Below, piece after piece: positions 49,097 to 57,801 of a DNA stretch of 64,000 nt. The notes under the pieces are model-generated. The model saw nothing but the letters and a program-made list of their open reading frames with translations, searched no databases and had not been told where the DNA came from. Source of the stretch: Candidatus Moraniibacteriota bacterium (lineage in GTDB: Bacteria; Patescibacteriota; Minisyncoccia; Moranbacterales; UBA9337). The DNA lies in the NCBI GenBank assembly GCA_026985555.1, contig JALSQF010000007.1:1099-65098 (forward strand), read 5' to 3'. Each line of letters starts with the position of its first letter. Position 1 is the first letter of the stretch. Both the position numbers and the translations under genes were made by a program.

Positions 49097-49169
49097 TGCG
49101 CCGTGAGGGATTCGAACCCCCGACCATCAGCTTAAAAGGCTGCTGCTCTACCACCTGAGCTAACGGCGC
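49097..49169 (-). tRNA. tRNA-Lys(UUU)
   Basis: GCGCCGT/ACGGCGC acceptor stem, D-arm GCTCAGGTGGTAGAGC, anticodon loop CTTTTAA, T-loop GTTCGAATC; followed by CC-T, so CCA is not fully encoded. Confidence 0.96.
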
Positions 49170-49318
49170 TTAAAAATATTGCAAAAAGAACAACAATTAA
49201 TATTATTGACCAAACTAAAAAAATAGTCAATACTTTAAAATAACTTTCATTTTTAATATTATGTGTTATTATAACATATAATATTGTTTATAAAACATTA
49301 TAATATTACCAAAATCTT

Positions 49319-50338
49319 ATGTCTGAAAAAAGAAGCATAGATATTTCTACAAAAATTATTCTTAAAATAGTAATTGTCTTTTTAGGATTATGGTTTTTGT
49401 TTTTAATTCGTGATATTTTAGTGTTGCTAATTATAGCTTTAATATTAACAGCGGCTTTAGAACCTTTAATAAATTGGTTAGAAAAGAAAAAAATACCTCG
49501 TTCTTTAAGTATAATGTTAGTTTATTTCTTTCTTTTTTTAACAATAGGAGGAATGTTTTCTTTTTTGATTCCAGCTGTTATTTATCAGTTTAAAGAATTA
49601 ATGCAAAAATTTCCTCAGTATCTTAATAGTTTTAGTGAGCAATTTTATATTTTTAAAAATTATTTACACGATCAAGGCGTTAATTTAGAAATAGAACAAT
49701 TAGTTAATCAAGCGGGAAATGGATTAACCTATTCTTCTAAAAGTATTTTTTCCACTACCTTAGGAGTTTTTTCTGGTTTTATTTCTACGATAGCTATTTT
49801 TTCTTTGACTTTTTATATGTTAGTTAGAAAAGATGGAATAGAAGAGTTTTTACAAGTGATCATTCCTAAAAATTATATTTCTAGAGTAATTGAAATAACA
49901 CATAAAATAAAACATAAATTAAGTTGGTGGATGTTAGGACAATTATCTATAATGTTTATTATTTTTCTTTTAGATTTTACGGTATTGTATTTATTAAATA
50001 TTCCTTATGCTTTAACTTTAGCTGTTATAGGAGGAACATTAGAGTTGATTCCTTATGCTGGACCTATTTTATCTACAATCATTGCTTCAATAGTCGGTTT
50101 TTTTGTTTCTCCTATAATAGGATTTTTTGTTTTAGGGAGTTATATTATTATTCAACAAATAGAAAATCATATTATTTTACCTCAAATAATGAAAAAGGCA
50201 GTGGGGCTTAATCCAGCTATTGTTATTTTAGTTATTTTAATTGGAGCTAAATTAGCCGGGATTATGGGAGCTATTTTAGCTGTTCCTTTAGCCACTGCTT
50301 TAGGTGTAGTTATTAAAGAAATTCTAAGAGATAAATAA
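49319..50338 (+). CDS. AI-2E family transporter (UPF0118)
   Basis: IPYAGP, QQIENHIILP, GLNP, GIMGAILAVP. Confidence 0.93.
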   Translation: MSEKRSIDISTKIILKIVIVFLGLWFLFLIRDILVLLIIALILTAALEPLINWLEKKKIPRSLSIMLVYFFLFLTIGGMFSFLIPAVIYQFKELMQKFPQYLNSFSEQFYIFKNYLHDQGVNLEIEQLVNQAGNGLTYSSKSIFSTTLGVFSGFISTIAIFSLTFYMLVRKDGIEEFLQVIIPKNYISRVIEITHKIKHKLSWWMLGQLSIMFIIFLLDFTVLYLLNIPYALTLAVIGGTLELIPYAGPILSTIIASIVGFFVSPIIGFFVLGSYIIIQQIENHIILPQIMKKAVGLNPAIVILVILIGAKLAGIMGAILAVPLATALGVVIKEILRDK

Positions 50339-51304
50339 ATGGTTTCTAAAAATCAATTAGTTAAAAATATTTGGACAACAATTTGTTTTTATGATGCTCT
50401 GAATTATCCTCTAACTAGCTTTGAAATTTGGAAATTATTGATTAATGAAAAATCTCTTTCTTCTTCTAAAAAGTTTAATGTTAAAGAGAATCAATTTTCC
50501 TTAGATGAAATTGAAGATGCACTTTTGGAAAATAGCTTTTTGAAATCAAAAATTAAATCTCAAAAAGGATTTTATTTTTTAAAAGGGCGAGAATACTTAA
50601 TATGGCAACGTCTTCAAAAAGAAAAAATTTCTGGGCAAAAAATAAAAAGATTAAAAAGGATAATAAAATTTCTGCGTTGGATTCCTTTTTTAAGAGCAAT
50701 TTTAATAACAGGAAGATTAGCCTCTAAAACTGCTGATGAAAAAAGCGATTGGGATATTTTAGTAATAACTCAAGCGGGCAGAATTTGGACAGCGAGAACC
50801 GGGATAACTTTAATAACAGAATTAATTGGAAAAAGAAGAAAAGGTAAAAAAATAAAAGACAGAATTTGTTTGAATTATTTTATTACTGAACGAAGTCTTA
50901 CTATAAGCGTGCAGGATTTGTTTGCCTCTCATGAATATTTTTTTGCTATTCCTTTATTTGATACGGGTGATGTCTTTTTTCGTTTTAGAAAAAACAATAT
51001 TTGGATTAAAAAAATACGGCCTCATTATTTTTTAGAAAATAATTCTTCTTTTTGTTTAAAAGATGATTATTTGAGTAAATTTTTAAGAAATAAACTAGAA
51101 TTTTTAATTAATTTTCTTCAAGGAGATAAAATTGAAAAATGGTTATCTCAATGGCAAACAAAAAAAATTAAGAAAAATCCGCTTACTCATTTAAAAGGTA
51201 GTTTAATAAGAGCTTCTTCTAGTGAATTAGTTTTTCTTCCTCGTCCTGCTGGACCGCGGATTTTTGAAAAATTTAAAAAAATTAAAAAAGAAGCATTTTT
51301 TTAA
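50339..51304 (+). CDS. Hypothetical protein with Pol-beta-type nucleotidyltransferase motif
   Basis: YPLT N-terminus; ITGRLAS...SDWDILVI resembles hG[GS]x9-13DxD; R.CLNYF. Confidence 0.7.
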   Translation: MVSKNQLVKNIWTTICFYDALNYPLTSFEIWKLLINEKSLSSSKKFNVKENQFSLDEIEDALLENSFLKSKIKSQKGFYFLKGREYLIWQRLQKEKISGQKIKRLKRIIKFLRWIPFLRAILITGRLASKTADEKSDWDILVITQAGRIWTARTGITLITELIGKRRKGKKIKDRICLNYFITERSLTISVQDLFASHEYFFAIPLFDTGDVFFRFRKNNIWIKKIRPHYFLENNSSFCLKDDYLSKFLRNKLEFLINFLQGDKIEKWLSQWQTKKIKKNPLTHLKGSLIRASSSELVFLPRPAGPRIFEKFKKIKKEAFF

Positions 51305-51318
51305 AAACTAACTTAATA

Positions 51319-51345
51319 AAAAAACGATTTTAAAATCGCTTTTTT
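51319..51345. terminator. Bidirectional terminator between convergent genes
   Basis: A-run, CGATTTTAAAATCG palindrome, T-run. Confidence 0.6.
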
Positions 51346-51372
51346 AATTTATTTTTTAGCAAAAGAAGAATA

Positions 51373-51549
51373 TTAAACAGTAACTTTATTTAAAGTTTTA
51401 ATGCAACGAGAGCAAATTCTCATTTTTTTACCCTCAATAGTTTTAGTTTGTAAGTTTATTTTAAATTTTCTTTTTGTGGCAATGTTAGAATGACTGCGAG
51501 AATGGCCAGATTGAGTTCCACGTCCACAAATTTCACAAGTTCTACTCAT
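51373..51549 (-). CDS. rpmB: 50S ribosomal protein L28 (Zn-ribbon form)
   Basis: Manual translation: [58 protein letters not shown]; absent from ORF track. Confidence 0.96.
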   Translation of the reverse strand: MSRTCEICGRGTQSGHSRSHSNIATKRKFKINLQTKTIEGKKMRICSRCIKTLNKVTV

Positions 51550-51623
51550 AAAATAAATTTTAATATTGCTTAATCATAATTTTTAGGTTAGCATAAGAAA
51601 TATAATTTGTAAAGTGTAAATCA

Positions 51624-52325
51624 ATGGCTGAAACAATTTTAATTTTATTTCAAGTGATTGTTTTAATTATGTCAGTAGTTATTCATGAGGTATCTCATGG
51701 TTTAGCAGCTTTGTATTTAGGTGATTCTACAGCGCAACGCGCTGGTAGACTAACACTTAATCCATTGAAACACCTGGATCTCTGGGGTTCTATCATTGTT
51801 CCTCTTTTAATGATTGTTACTTTAGGAATTGGTTTTGGTTGGGCAAAACCTGTTCCGTATAATCCTTATAATTTAAAGGATCAAAAAAATGGTCCAGCGC
51901 TAGTGGCTTTAGCTGGTCCACTGGCTAATTTAATAGTAGCTTTAGTTTTTGGTTTAGCAGCAAGATTTATTCATCTTAATTATTTAGCGCAGCAGGATAT
52001 TATAAAGGAATTTCTAGCTAGTAATTATGAAAATCTTAGTTTAAGTATCTCAGGATCTTTTCTGGCTATTTTTTATTTATTATTTATTATGATAGTGGTA
52101 ATCAACGTTTTGTTAGCTTTTTTTAATTTAATTCCTATTCCTCCTTTAGATGGTTCTAAAATTTTATTTGCTATAATTCCCTTAAAGATGGAAACTAAAA
52201 TTGTTTTAGAGCAATTTGGTTTTATGCTATTGTTAATTTTTATTTTCTTTTTTTCTCCTTTGCTAAGTTATTTTTTACAGGGAAGCTTAAGGCTATTCTT
52301 TCATTATGTAGTAGGAATTGGATGA
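51624..52325 (+). CDS. Site-2 protease (M50 family)
   Basis: HEVSH, GWAKPVP, AGPLAN, FNLIPIPPLDG. Confidence 0.95.
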   Translation: MAETILILFQVIVLIMSVVIHEVSHGLAALYLGDSTAQRAGRLTLNPLKHLDLWGSIIVPLLMIVTLGIGFGWAKPVPYNPYNLKDQKNGPALVALAGPLANLIVALVFGLAARFIHLNYLAQQDIIKEFLASNYENLSLSISGSFLAIFYLLFIMIVVINVLLAFFNLIPIPPLDGSKILFAIIPLKMETKIVLEQFGFMLLLIFIFFFSPLLSYFLQGSLRLFFHYVVGIG

Positions 52326-52334
52326 TTTAAGTTT

Positions 52335-52871
52335 ATGAAAAATGTTTTACCTTTAAATTTTTATGAAAAACATCCTCAAGAAGTAGCTCAAGCATTGATA
52401 GGAAATTATCTGGTTAGAGAATTTAGAGGGAAAATTATTAAAGGGATAATTACAGAAACAGAGGCTTATTATAATGAAACTGATTTAGCTTCTCATGCGC
52501 GCTTTGGAAAAACTAAACGTAATTATCCGATGTTTGGTCCAGCAGGAAAAGTTTATGTTTATTTAATTTATGGAATGTATTATTGTTTTAATGTGGTTAC
52601 AGAAAAAAAGAATCAACCAAGCGCTGTTTTGATTAGGGCTGTAAAAATTAAAGATGTAGATTATCAGAAAACTAACGGACCAGGGAAATTAACTCGCCAG
52701 TTAAGAATTTCTAAAAGTTTAAATTATTGGAATTTAACCAAAGGGAAAAAAATTTGGATTGAAAAAGGTAAAAAAATTTCTCTAAATAAAATTGAACAAA
52801 CTCCTAGAATTGGAGTAGAATATGCGCAACAATCAAGCCAATGGTTATGGAGATTTGTGTTAAAATTTTAG
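52335..52871 (+). CDS. 3-methyladenine DNA glycosylase (MPG/AAG family)
   Basis: ITETEAY, DLASH, YVYLIYGMY, AVLIRA, GPGKL, PRIGV. Confidence 0.95.
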   Translation: MKNVLPLNFYEKHPQEVAQALIGNYLVREFRGKIIKGIITETEAYYNETDLASHARFGKTKRNYPMFGPAGKVYVYLIYGMYYCFNVVTEKKNQPSAVLIRAVKIKDVDYQKTNGPGKLTRQLRISKSLNYWNLTKGKKIWIEKGKKISLNKIEQTPRIGVEYAQQSSQWLWRFVLKF

Positions 52872-52891
52872 TATTTTATAAATTATAATTT

Positions 52892-53920
52892 ATGCTTTAT
52901 TTAATATCATTTTTTGCTTCTTTTCTTACCGCTTTTTTGGCATTATTTTTATTAGTTAAAATAACTTCTTATTTTAAAATTAAAAGCAGAAAAAACAAAA
53001 GACACATTCATGCTATTCAAGTTTCTCGCTTAGGAGGAGTGGCAATTATTTTAGCTTTTGTAATAGGAATATTAGTTAATCCTTATCTTGTTTTAGAGAA
53101 TCAACATTTAGCTATTATCTTATCTAGTGGAATAATTTTAATAATTGGATTAGCAGATGATTTTTGGAAATTAGATTGGAAAACTCAACTTTTTTTTCAG
53201 GTAGCCATAGCTATTTTAATTTTTATTTTAGGCATTCAAATAGAATATATTACTAATCCTTGGGGTGGAATGTTTTTTTTAAAAACAGGACGTTGGCTTT
53301 TACCTAGTTTGTTGTTAGGTATTATTTGGATTGTAACTTTAATGAACGCTATGAATTGGTTAGACGGATTAGATGGTTTAGCAGGAGGAATAATCTTAAT
53401 TGGAAGTTTTATTATTTTTGCCTTAAGTTTAAAACCAGAAGTTGATCAACCGCCTTTAGCTATTATAGCCGTTAGCTTAATGGGCGCTATTTTAGCTTTT
53501 CTTTTTTTTAATTTTTATCCAGCTAAAATTATGGCTGGAACAAGCGGTTCTATGTTTATGGGATTTATTCTAGCAGTATTAGCTATTTTTGCGGGAGCTA
53601 AAATAGCTACTACTTTATTAGTTTTAATTCTTCCTTTACTAGATGCTTTTTGGGTTTTATTAGAACGTTTTTATAGGGGTACATCTTTAGTTAATCCAGA
53701 CCAGAGGCATTTACATTATAAACTTTTAAAGTTAGGTTATTCTCCACGTCAAATTGCTTTTTTCTTTTATGGTTTAACTATATTAATGGGTTGGTCAGCT
53801 TTACAATTATCAACAAGAGAAAAATTGAAAATTCTTTTAGGCGTAGCTTTTATTTTAGTAATGACTATTATTATTGTTACTAATCTACTAGAAAAAAAGT
53901 CAAAGAAAAATAATTTTTAA
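52892..53920 (+). CDS. MraY/WecA/TagO family undecaprenyl-phosphate sugar-1-phosphate transferase
   Basis: RLGG, GLADD, NAMNWLDGLDGL, FNFYPAKIMAG, HLHY. Confidence 0.92.
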   Translation: MLYLISFFASFLTAFLALFLLVKITSYFKIKSRKNKRHIHAIQVSRLGGVAIILAFVIGILVNPYLVLENQHLAIILSSGIILIIGLADDFWKLDWKTQLFFQVAIAILIFILGIQIEYITNPWGGMFFLKTGRWLLPSLLLGIIWIVTLMNAMNWLDGLDGLAGGIILIGSFIIFALSLKPEVDQPPLAIIAVSLMGAILAFLFFNFYPAKIMAGTSGSMFMGFILAVLAIFAGAKIATTLLVLILPLLDAFWVLLERFYRGTSLVNPDQRHLHYKLLKLGYSPRQIAFFFYGLTILMGWSALQLSTREKLKILLGVAFILVMTIIIVTNLLEKKSKKNNF

Positions 53921-53937
53921 AATAAGAAAAAAATTTT

Positions 53938-54816
53938 ATGTGGAGATGGAGAAAAATAGTTTATAGTGTTTTATTAATTATTTTTGTATTAGATGTTGTT
54001 TTAGCTTTAATAATTAGAAGCAGTTTTTTTTCTCAAAAATTTCAAATAATATTTTTTAACATAGGACAAGGAGACGCTATTCTAGTTCAACAAGGAAAAA
54101 ATCAAGTTTTAATTGATGGAGGAAGATCGGAAAAAAAACTTTTAGAAAAGTTAGGAAAATATGTGCCTTTTTGGGACAGAGAGATAGAAGTGATAGAAGC
54201 TACTCATCCTGATAGTGATCACATTACAGGATTAATTGGAGCTTTAAAAAATTATAAGGTTGATTATATTTTAAAAACCAGAAATCAGAGCCAAACAAAG
54301 ACTTTTCAGGCTTTTCAGCAAGCTATCAAGGAAGAAGTAAGAAATGGCGGAAAAATTTTAGAAGCTTCTCAAGGACTGAAAATTAAGTTTCCGCAAGGAG
54401 GAGAAGCTAAAATAATATATCCTTTTAACCCACTTCAAAATAATTCTTTTAACAAAAATGAAAACAGTATAGTTACTCAAATTCTTTATAAAAAAAATTC
54501 TTTTTTACTAATGGGAGATCTTCCTAGTCAACAAGAAAGAGAATTAATTAAACATCATTTATCTCTTCAGTCGCAAGTTTTAAAAATAGGGCATCATGGC
54601 TCTCGTTCGTCTAGTTGTAATGAATTTTTAACTTATGTACATCCTCAAGTGGCTATTATTTCAGTGGGAAAAAATAGTTATGGGCATCCCCATAAAGAGG
54701 TTTTAAAGCGATTAGTTCAACATCAGATTAAATTTTGGCGGACGGATAAAGTAGGAGATATAGAATATCTTTGCAACAAGGATGAGTGTCATTTGGTTTT
54801 ATCTCAAGAGAAATAA
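53938..54816 (+). CDS. ComEC-type metallo-beta-lactamase nuclease domain (stand-alone)
   Basis: IGQGDA, LIDGG, THPDSDH, LLMGD, HHGS, SVGKNSYGHP. Confidence 0.9.
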   Translation: MWRWRKIVYSVLLIIFVLDVVLALIIRSSFFSQKFQIIFFNIGQGDAILVQQGKNQVLIDGGRSEKKLLEKLGKYVPFWDREIEVIEATHPDSDHITGLIGALKNYKVDYILKTRNQSQTKTFQAFQQAIKEEVRNGGKILEASQGLKIKFPQGGEAKIIYPFNPLQNNSFNKNENSIVTQILYKKNSFLLMGDLPSQQERELIKHHLSLQSQVLKIGHHGSRSSSCNEFLTYVHPQVAIISVGKNSYGHPHKEVLKRLVQHQIKFWRTDKVGDIEYLCNKDECHLVLSQEK

Positions 54817-54825
54817 ACAATTAGT

Positions 54826-54875
54826 TTTCTGGCTATTTAAATATCCATTTAAATGGATATTTAAATAGCCAGAAA
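54826..54875. repeat. Palindromic repeat family, copy 3 (perfect 50-bp palindrome)
   Basis: TTTCTGGCTATTTAAATATCCATTT|AAATGGATATTTAAATAGCCAGAAA; contains both ATCC and GGAT spacers and three ATTTAAAT. Confidence 0.93.
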
Positions 54876-55047
54876 GAAATTTTACCTAAATTGGCTTAAA
54901 AAATAACTTAACTTTTTAAGGTTTACTTTTAAAAAATCAGAAGAAAAAATTTTTTAAATTCAATTTTTGGAAAATCTAGAATTTGAGTTTAAGAGGATAA
55001 GTTAAAAAGTTTGCTAAAAATATCTATTAAGTAGTATTAATAATATA

Positions 55048-55117
55048 TTGACAAATTATTTTAAATATGTTATTTCTAGACAACTAGTTATTTAACAAAA
55101 AAAGAAATCAAGGAGGA
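55048..55117 (+). promoter_or_regulatory. Promoter + boxA-like leader + SD of orphan gene
   Basis: TTGACA-17-TATTTC (TG-extended), TAGTTATTTAACAA at 55085, AAGGAGG before ATG 55125. Confidence 0.6.
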
Positions 55118-55124
55118 TTAAAAA

Positions 55125-55643
55125 ATGAAAAAGTTTATTATTGTTGTGTTGGTGGTTTTGTGTTTTGTTGAGATTTCTTACGGATATAGAGTTTCAATAA
55201 ATGAGGATATTGAGGGCAGGGGATTTTCTTCAATAGAAGTTAAATTTCCGTTTTTTGACAAGAAATCTAAATGTTATTATCAAGAAAACTTCTATCCAGG
55301 TAAAAATGGTAATGTTGTTTTTCTATGTACCGATCCTGGAGATGGTAAAATAATTTATGCCAGAAGACGTTTTTCTATAACTGACCCGCCGGTTTGTATT
55401 ATAACAGAATACAAACCTCCAGCCATTTGGGAATGGGGAAGTTTAGGATGTACTAGTGAGATAACAATGATTAAAAAAATATATTTTAAATGGGGGAATA
55501 AAACAGTAGTAAGCATTCCTCCTTATCAGTTTCCTGAAAAAGGTATTACTGATAAACAGGTTGCTTCTGTGCAGTTGTTTATGAAATTTTTTGAAGATGT
55601 TTTTCAAAAAAAAGTAAAAAAGAAAATAAAATATCACTGGTGA
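55125..55643 (+). CDS. Orphan secreted hypothetical protein
   Basis: 172 aa, signal peptide MKKFIIVVLVVLCF, strong SD. Confidence 0.78.
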   Translation: MKKFIIVVLVVLCFVEISYGYRVSINEDIEGRGFSSIEVKFPFFDKKSKCYYQENFYPGKNGNVVFLCTDPGDGKIIYARRRFSITDPPVCIITEYKPPAIWEWGSLGCTSEITMIKKIYFKWGNKTVVSIPPYQFPEKGITDKQVASVQLFMKFFEDVFQKKVKKKIKYHW

Positions 55644-55667
55644 TATTTTATTTTCTTTTAAAATGAG

Positions 55668-55693
55668 AACCTTGCTATTAAGCAAGGTTTTTT
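55668..55693 (+). terminator. Rho-independent terminator
   Basis: AACCTTGCT-atta-AGCAAGGTT plus T-run. Confidence 0.75.
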
Positions 55694-55813
55694 ATTTTTA
55701 TTTACTTTTTTGGAAAGTTTCTTTGAAATATAGTTGTTACTTCTTTGAAAATATGTTATATTAAAAATGAAATTTTTTATATTTTTTAAATAATCATTTT
55801 AAAAAAGGATTTA

Positions 55814-57793
55814 ATGATTTTCAGTCAGAAAACAAAAAGAAAAAAAAAGAATAAACTTAAAATTTTATTTTTAGCAGTTTTGATAATTTTTATTTTTTCA
55901 GGAAGTAATTTAAAGGTGTGTTTAGCAGAAAGAACATGGCAGCCGTCTGATGCATTTGGTATTCAAAAAAGTGGTTGGTTATATTATTTAGGTGGGTGGG
56001 GATTAACAGATTATGTATATGATTTTTTTACTGGACATATTAAAAATAACTGGAGATCAATGGGTCAAGTAATAAAGGATACAGCTACAGATGGTTTTCT
56101 TTGGGTTTTTAATTGGATATTATTTGCAGTTTGGTGGGTTTTAGCTTGGTTTATTGGAATAGCAGGGTTACTTTTTGATTGGGCAATAGATGCTAATAAT
56201 TTAAAAGCAATTATTCATAATGAAGGGATTTATGATGCCTGGAAGATTGTGAGAGATTTTCTTAATTTAGGATTTATTTTAGTTTTACTTTTCAGTGCTT
56301 TTTCTACGGTATTTCAAATTGAAAAATATCATTTAAAAAAAATTCTTTTGATGTTAGTTTTGATGGCGCTTTTAGTTAATTTTAGTTTTCCTATTTCACG
56401 TTTCATTATTGATTCTTCTAATATGACGATGTATTATTTATTAAATCAACGTTTCAGTGACGAATCTAGGAGCGATAGCATTAGCTCTAAAATAATGTAT
56501 TATTCTAACATAACCAGACAGTTTGTTCCTAATATAAGTAAAACAAATGCAAATTATACAAAGCAAATTTTAATTGTAATCATTTTTACTTTCATTTTAA
56601 TGATAACCTTGGCATCTCTAGCAGCTATTATGGTTGTGCGTATTTTTGCTTTGGCTTTGCTAATTATTTTTTCTTCGGTTGGTTTTGTAGCTGCTATTTT
56701 GCCTAGCGCAGAATCTTTTTCTAGTAAATGGTGGGATAATTTATTTAAATATTCTTTTGTGGGACCAACAATGATATTTATGTTAATTATATCTTTTCGG
56801 ATGATGGATAGCTTAGGTGGGAGCGAATTAGGAAGCGCCATAAATCAATTAAAAACTTTAGCTTCTGATTATGATCCTGTTAGCGGAGAAATAGCAAAAC
56901 AAAGCATAGCTGACGCGGCTTATTTTTTTCTTCCGATAGTTTTACTCTGGGCTTCTATTTTGGTGGCGCAATCCATGGGTGTTTATGGAGCTAGCGCAGT
57001 GGTTAATACAGCAGGTAGAGTTAAAAGTTGGGGAGCAAAATATTTAACAGGTTATAGTTTAGCTAAGTGGGGTGTAAAAACTTTGCCCAAAAAAGCAGTT
57101 CAATCAACCGGTGTTCCTGGTGGCGTGAAACAAAGATGGCTTAGTTTTAAAGACAGGTTAGAGTCTAAACAAAAAAGTAGAGAAGCTCGTGTGGCAGCTC
57201 GTTTAGGAGATAAAACAGCTAAAAGAAAAGATATGTTAAGAAGAGCGGATGAATATGAAAAAGAACATATTATAGATGATGAATTAAAAAATAGAGCTAA
57301 GAAAGGAGATAATGCAGCTGCTTATGCTTTGGCTAATAGAGGGAAAATGGATAGAGAGACCTATTTGAGTGTGCAGGATAAAATAAAAGATAAAGAAGTT
57401 CTGGATATAATTAATGGCAAAGTTAAAGAAAAGAGAATTGATTTAGTGGTTGATTATAAAGTTAATAATCCTATAGAATTAAGTAAAGCAAGAAATCAAT
57501 TAGCTCAAATTCAGGGTGTAGAACCAGGATCAATTAATGATGAAGATGTAAAAGAATATATTGTTCGTGAAGAAATAGGAAATTTATCGCCAGAACAATT
57601 TGCAGGACAAAACTGGAAGGGTATAAATACTGATATTAGTAGGAGAGGAAATGAAAAATTAGCTGATACAATTAAAGAAGTAACGGAAAAAACTTTTGAT
57701 GAAATGTCAGAAGATGCTAAAAAAAGAATACGTTCTAATGTAAGTGCTAATCAAGCTAAAGTTCTTAGAAAAGAATTTGCGGTAATTGTTTAA
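55814..57793 (+). CDS. VirB6/TrbL-like polytopic membrane protein with long soluble C-terminus
   Basis: WKIVRDFLN, ALLVNFS..I.RFIID, R...L..L.IFS, WW motif; upstream of PrgI/VirB4-like genes. Confidence 0.75.
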   Translation: MIFSQKTKRKKKNKLKILFLAVLIIFIFSGSNLKVCLAERTWQPSDAFGIQKSGWLYYLGGWGLTDYVYDFFTGHIKNNWRSMGQVIKDTATDGFLWVFNWILFAVWWVLAWFIGIAGLLFDWAIDANNLKAIIHNEGIYDAWKIVRDFLNLGFILVLLFSAFSTVFQIEKYHLKKILLMLVLMALLVNFSFPISRFIIDSSNMTMYYLLNQRFSDESRSDSISSKIMYYSNITRQFVPNISKTNANYTKQILIVIIFTFILMITLASLAAIMVVRIFALALLIIFSSVGFVAAILPSAESFSSKWWDNLFKYSFVGPTMIFMLIISFRMMDSLGGSELGSAINQLKTLASDYDPVSGEIAKQSIADAAYFFLPIVLLWASILVAQSMGVYGASAVVNTAGRVKSWGAKYLTGYSLAKWGVKTLPKKAVQSTGVPGGVKQRWLSFKDRLESKQKSREARVAARLGDKTAKRKDMLRRADEYEKEHIIDDELKNRAKKGDNAAAYALANRGKMDRETYLSVQDKIKDKEVLDIINGKVKEKRIDLVVDYKVNNPIELSKARNQLAQIQGVEPGSINDEDVKEYIVREEIGNLSPEQFAGQNWKGINTDISRRGNEKLADTIKEVTEKTFDEMSEDAKKRIRSNVSANQAKVLRKEFAVIV

Positions 57794-57801
57794 TTTGTCA
57801 T

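Noticed and set aside
49097-49169. tRNA-Lys as an integration site for an island
   Set aside because: No duplicated tRNA 3' end or integrase noticed in the window
19811-54875. Palindromic repeats as a CRISPR array
   Set aside because: Copies are kilobases apart, there are no regular spacers and no cas genes are visible
49924-56841. Short ORFs 49924, 55443, 56554
   Set aside because: Alternate-frame or antisense overlaps of better-supported genes with no recognisable motifs
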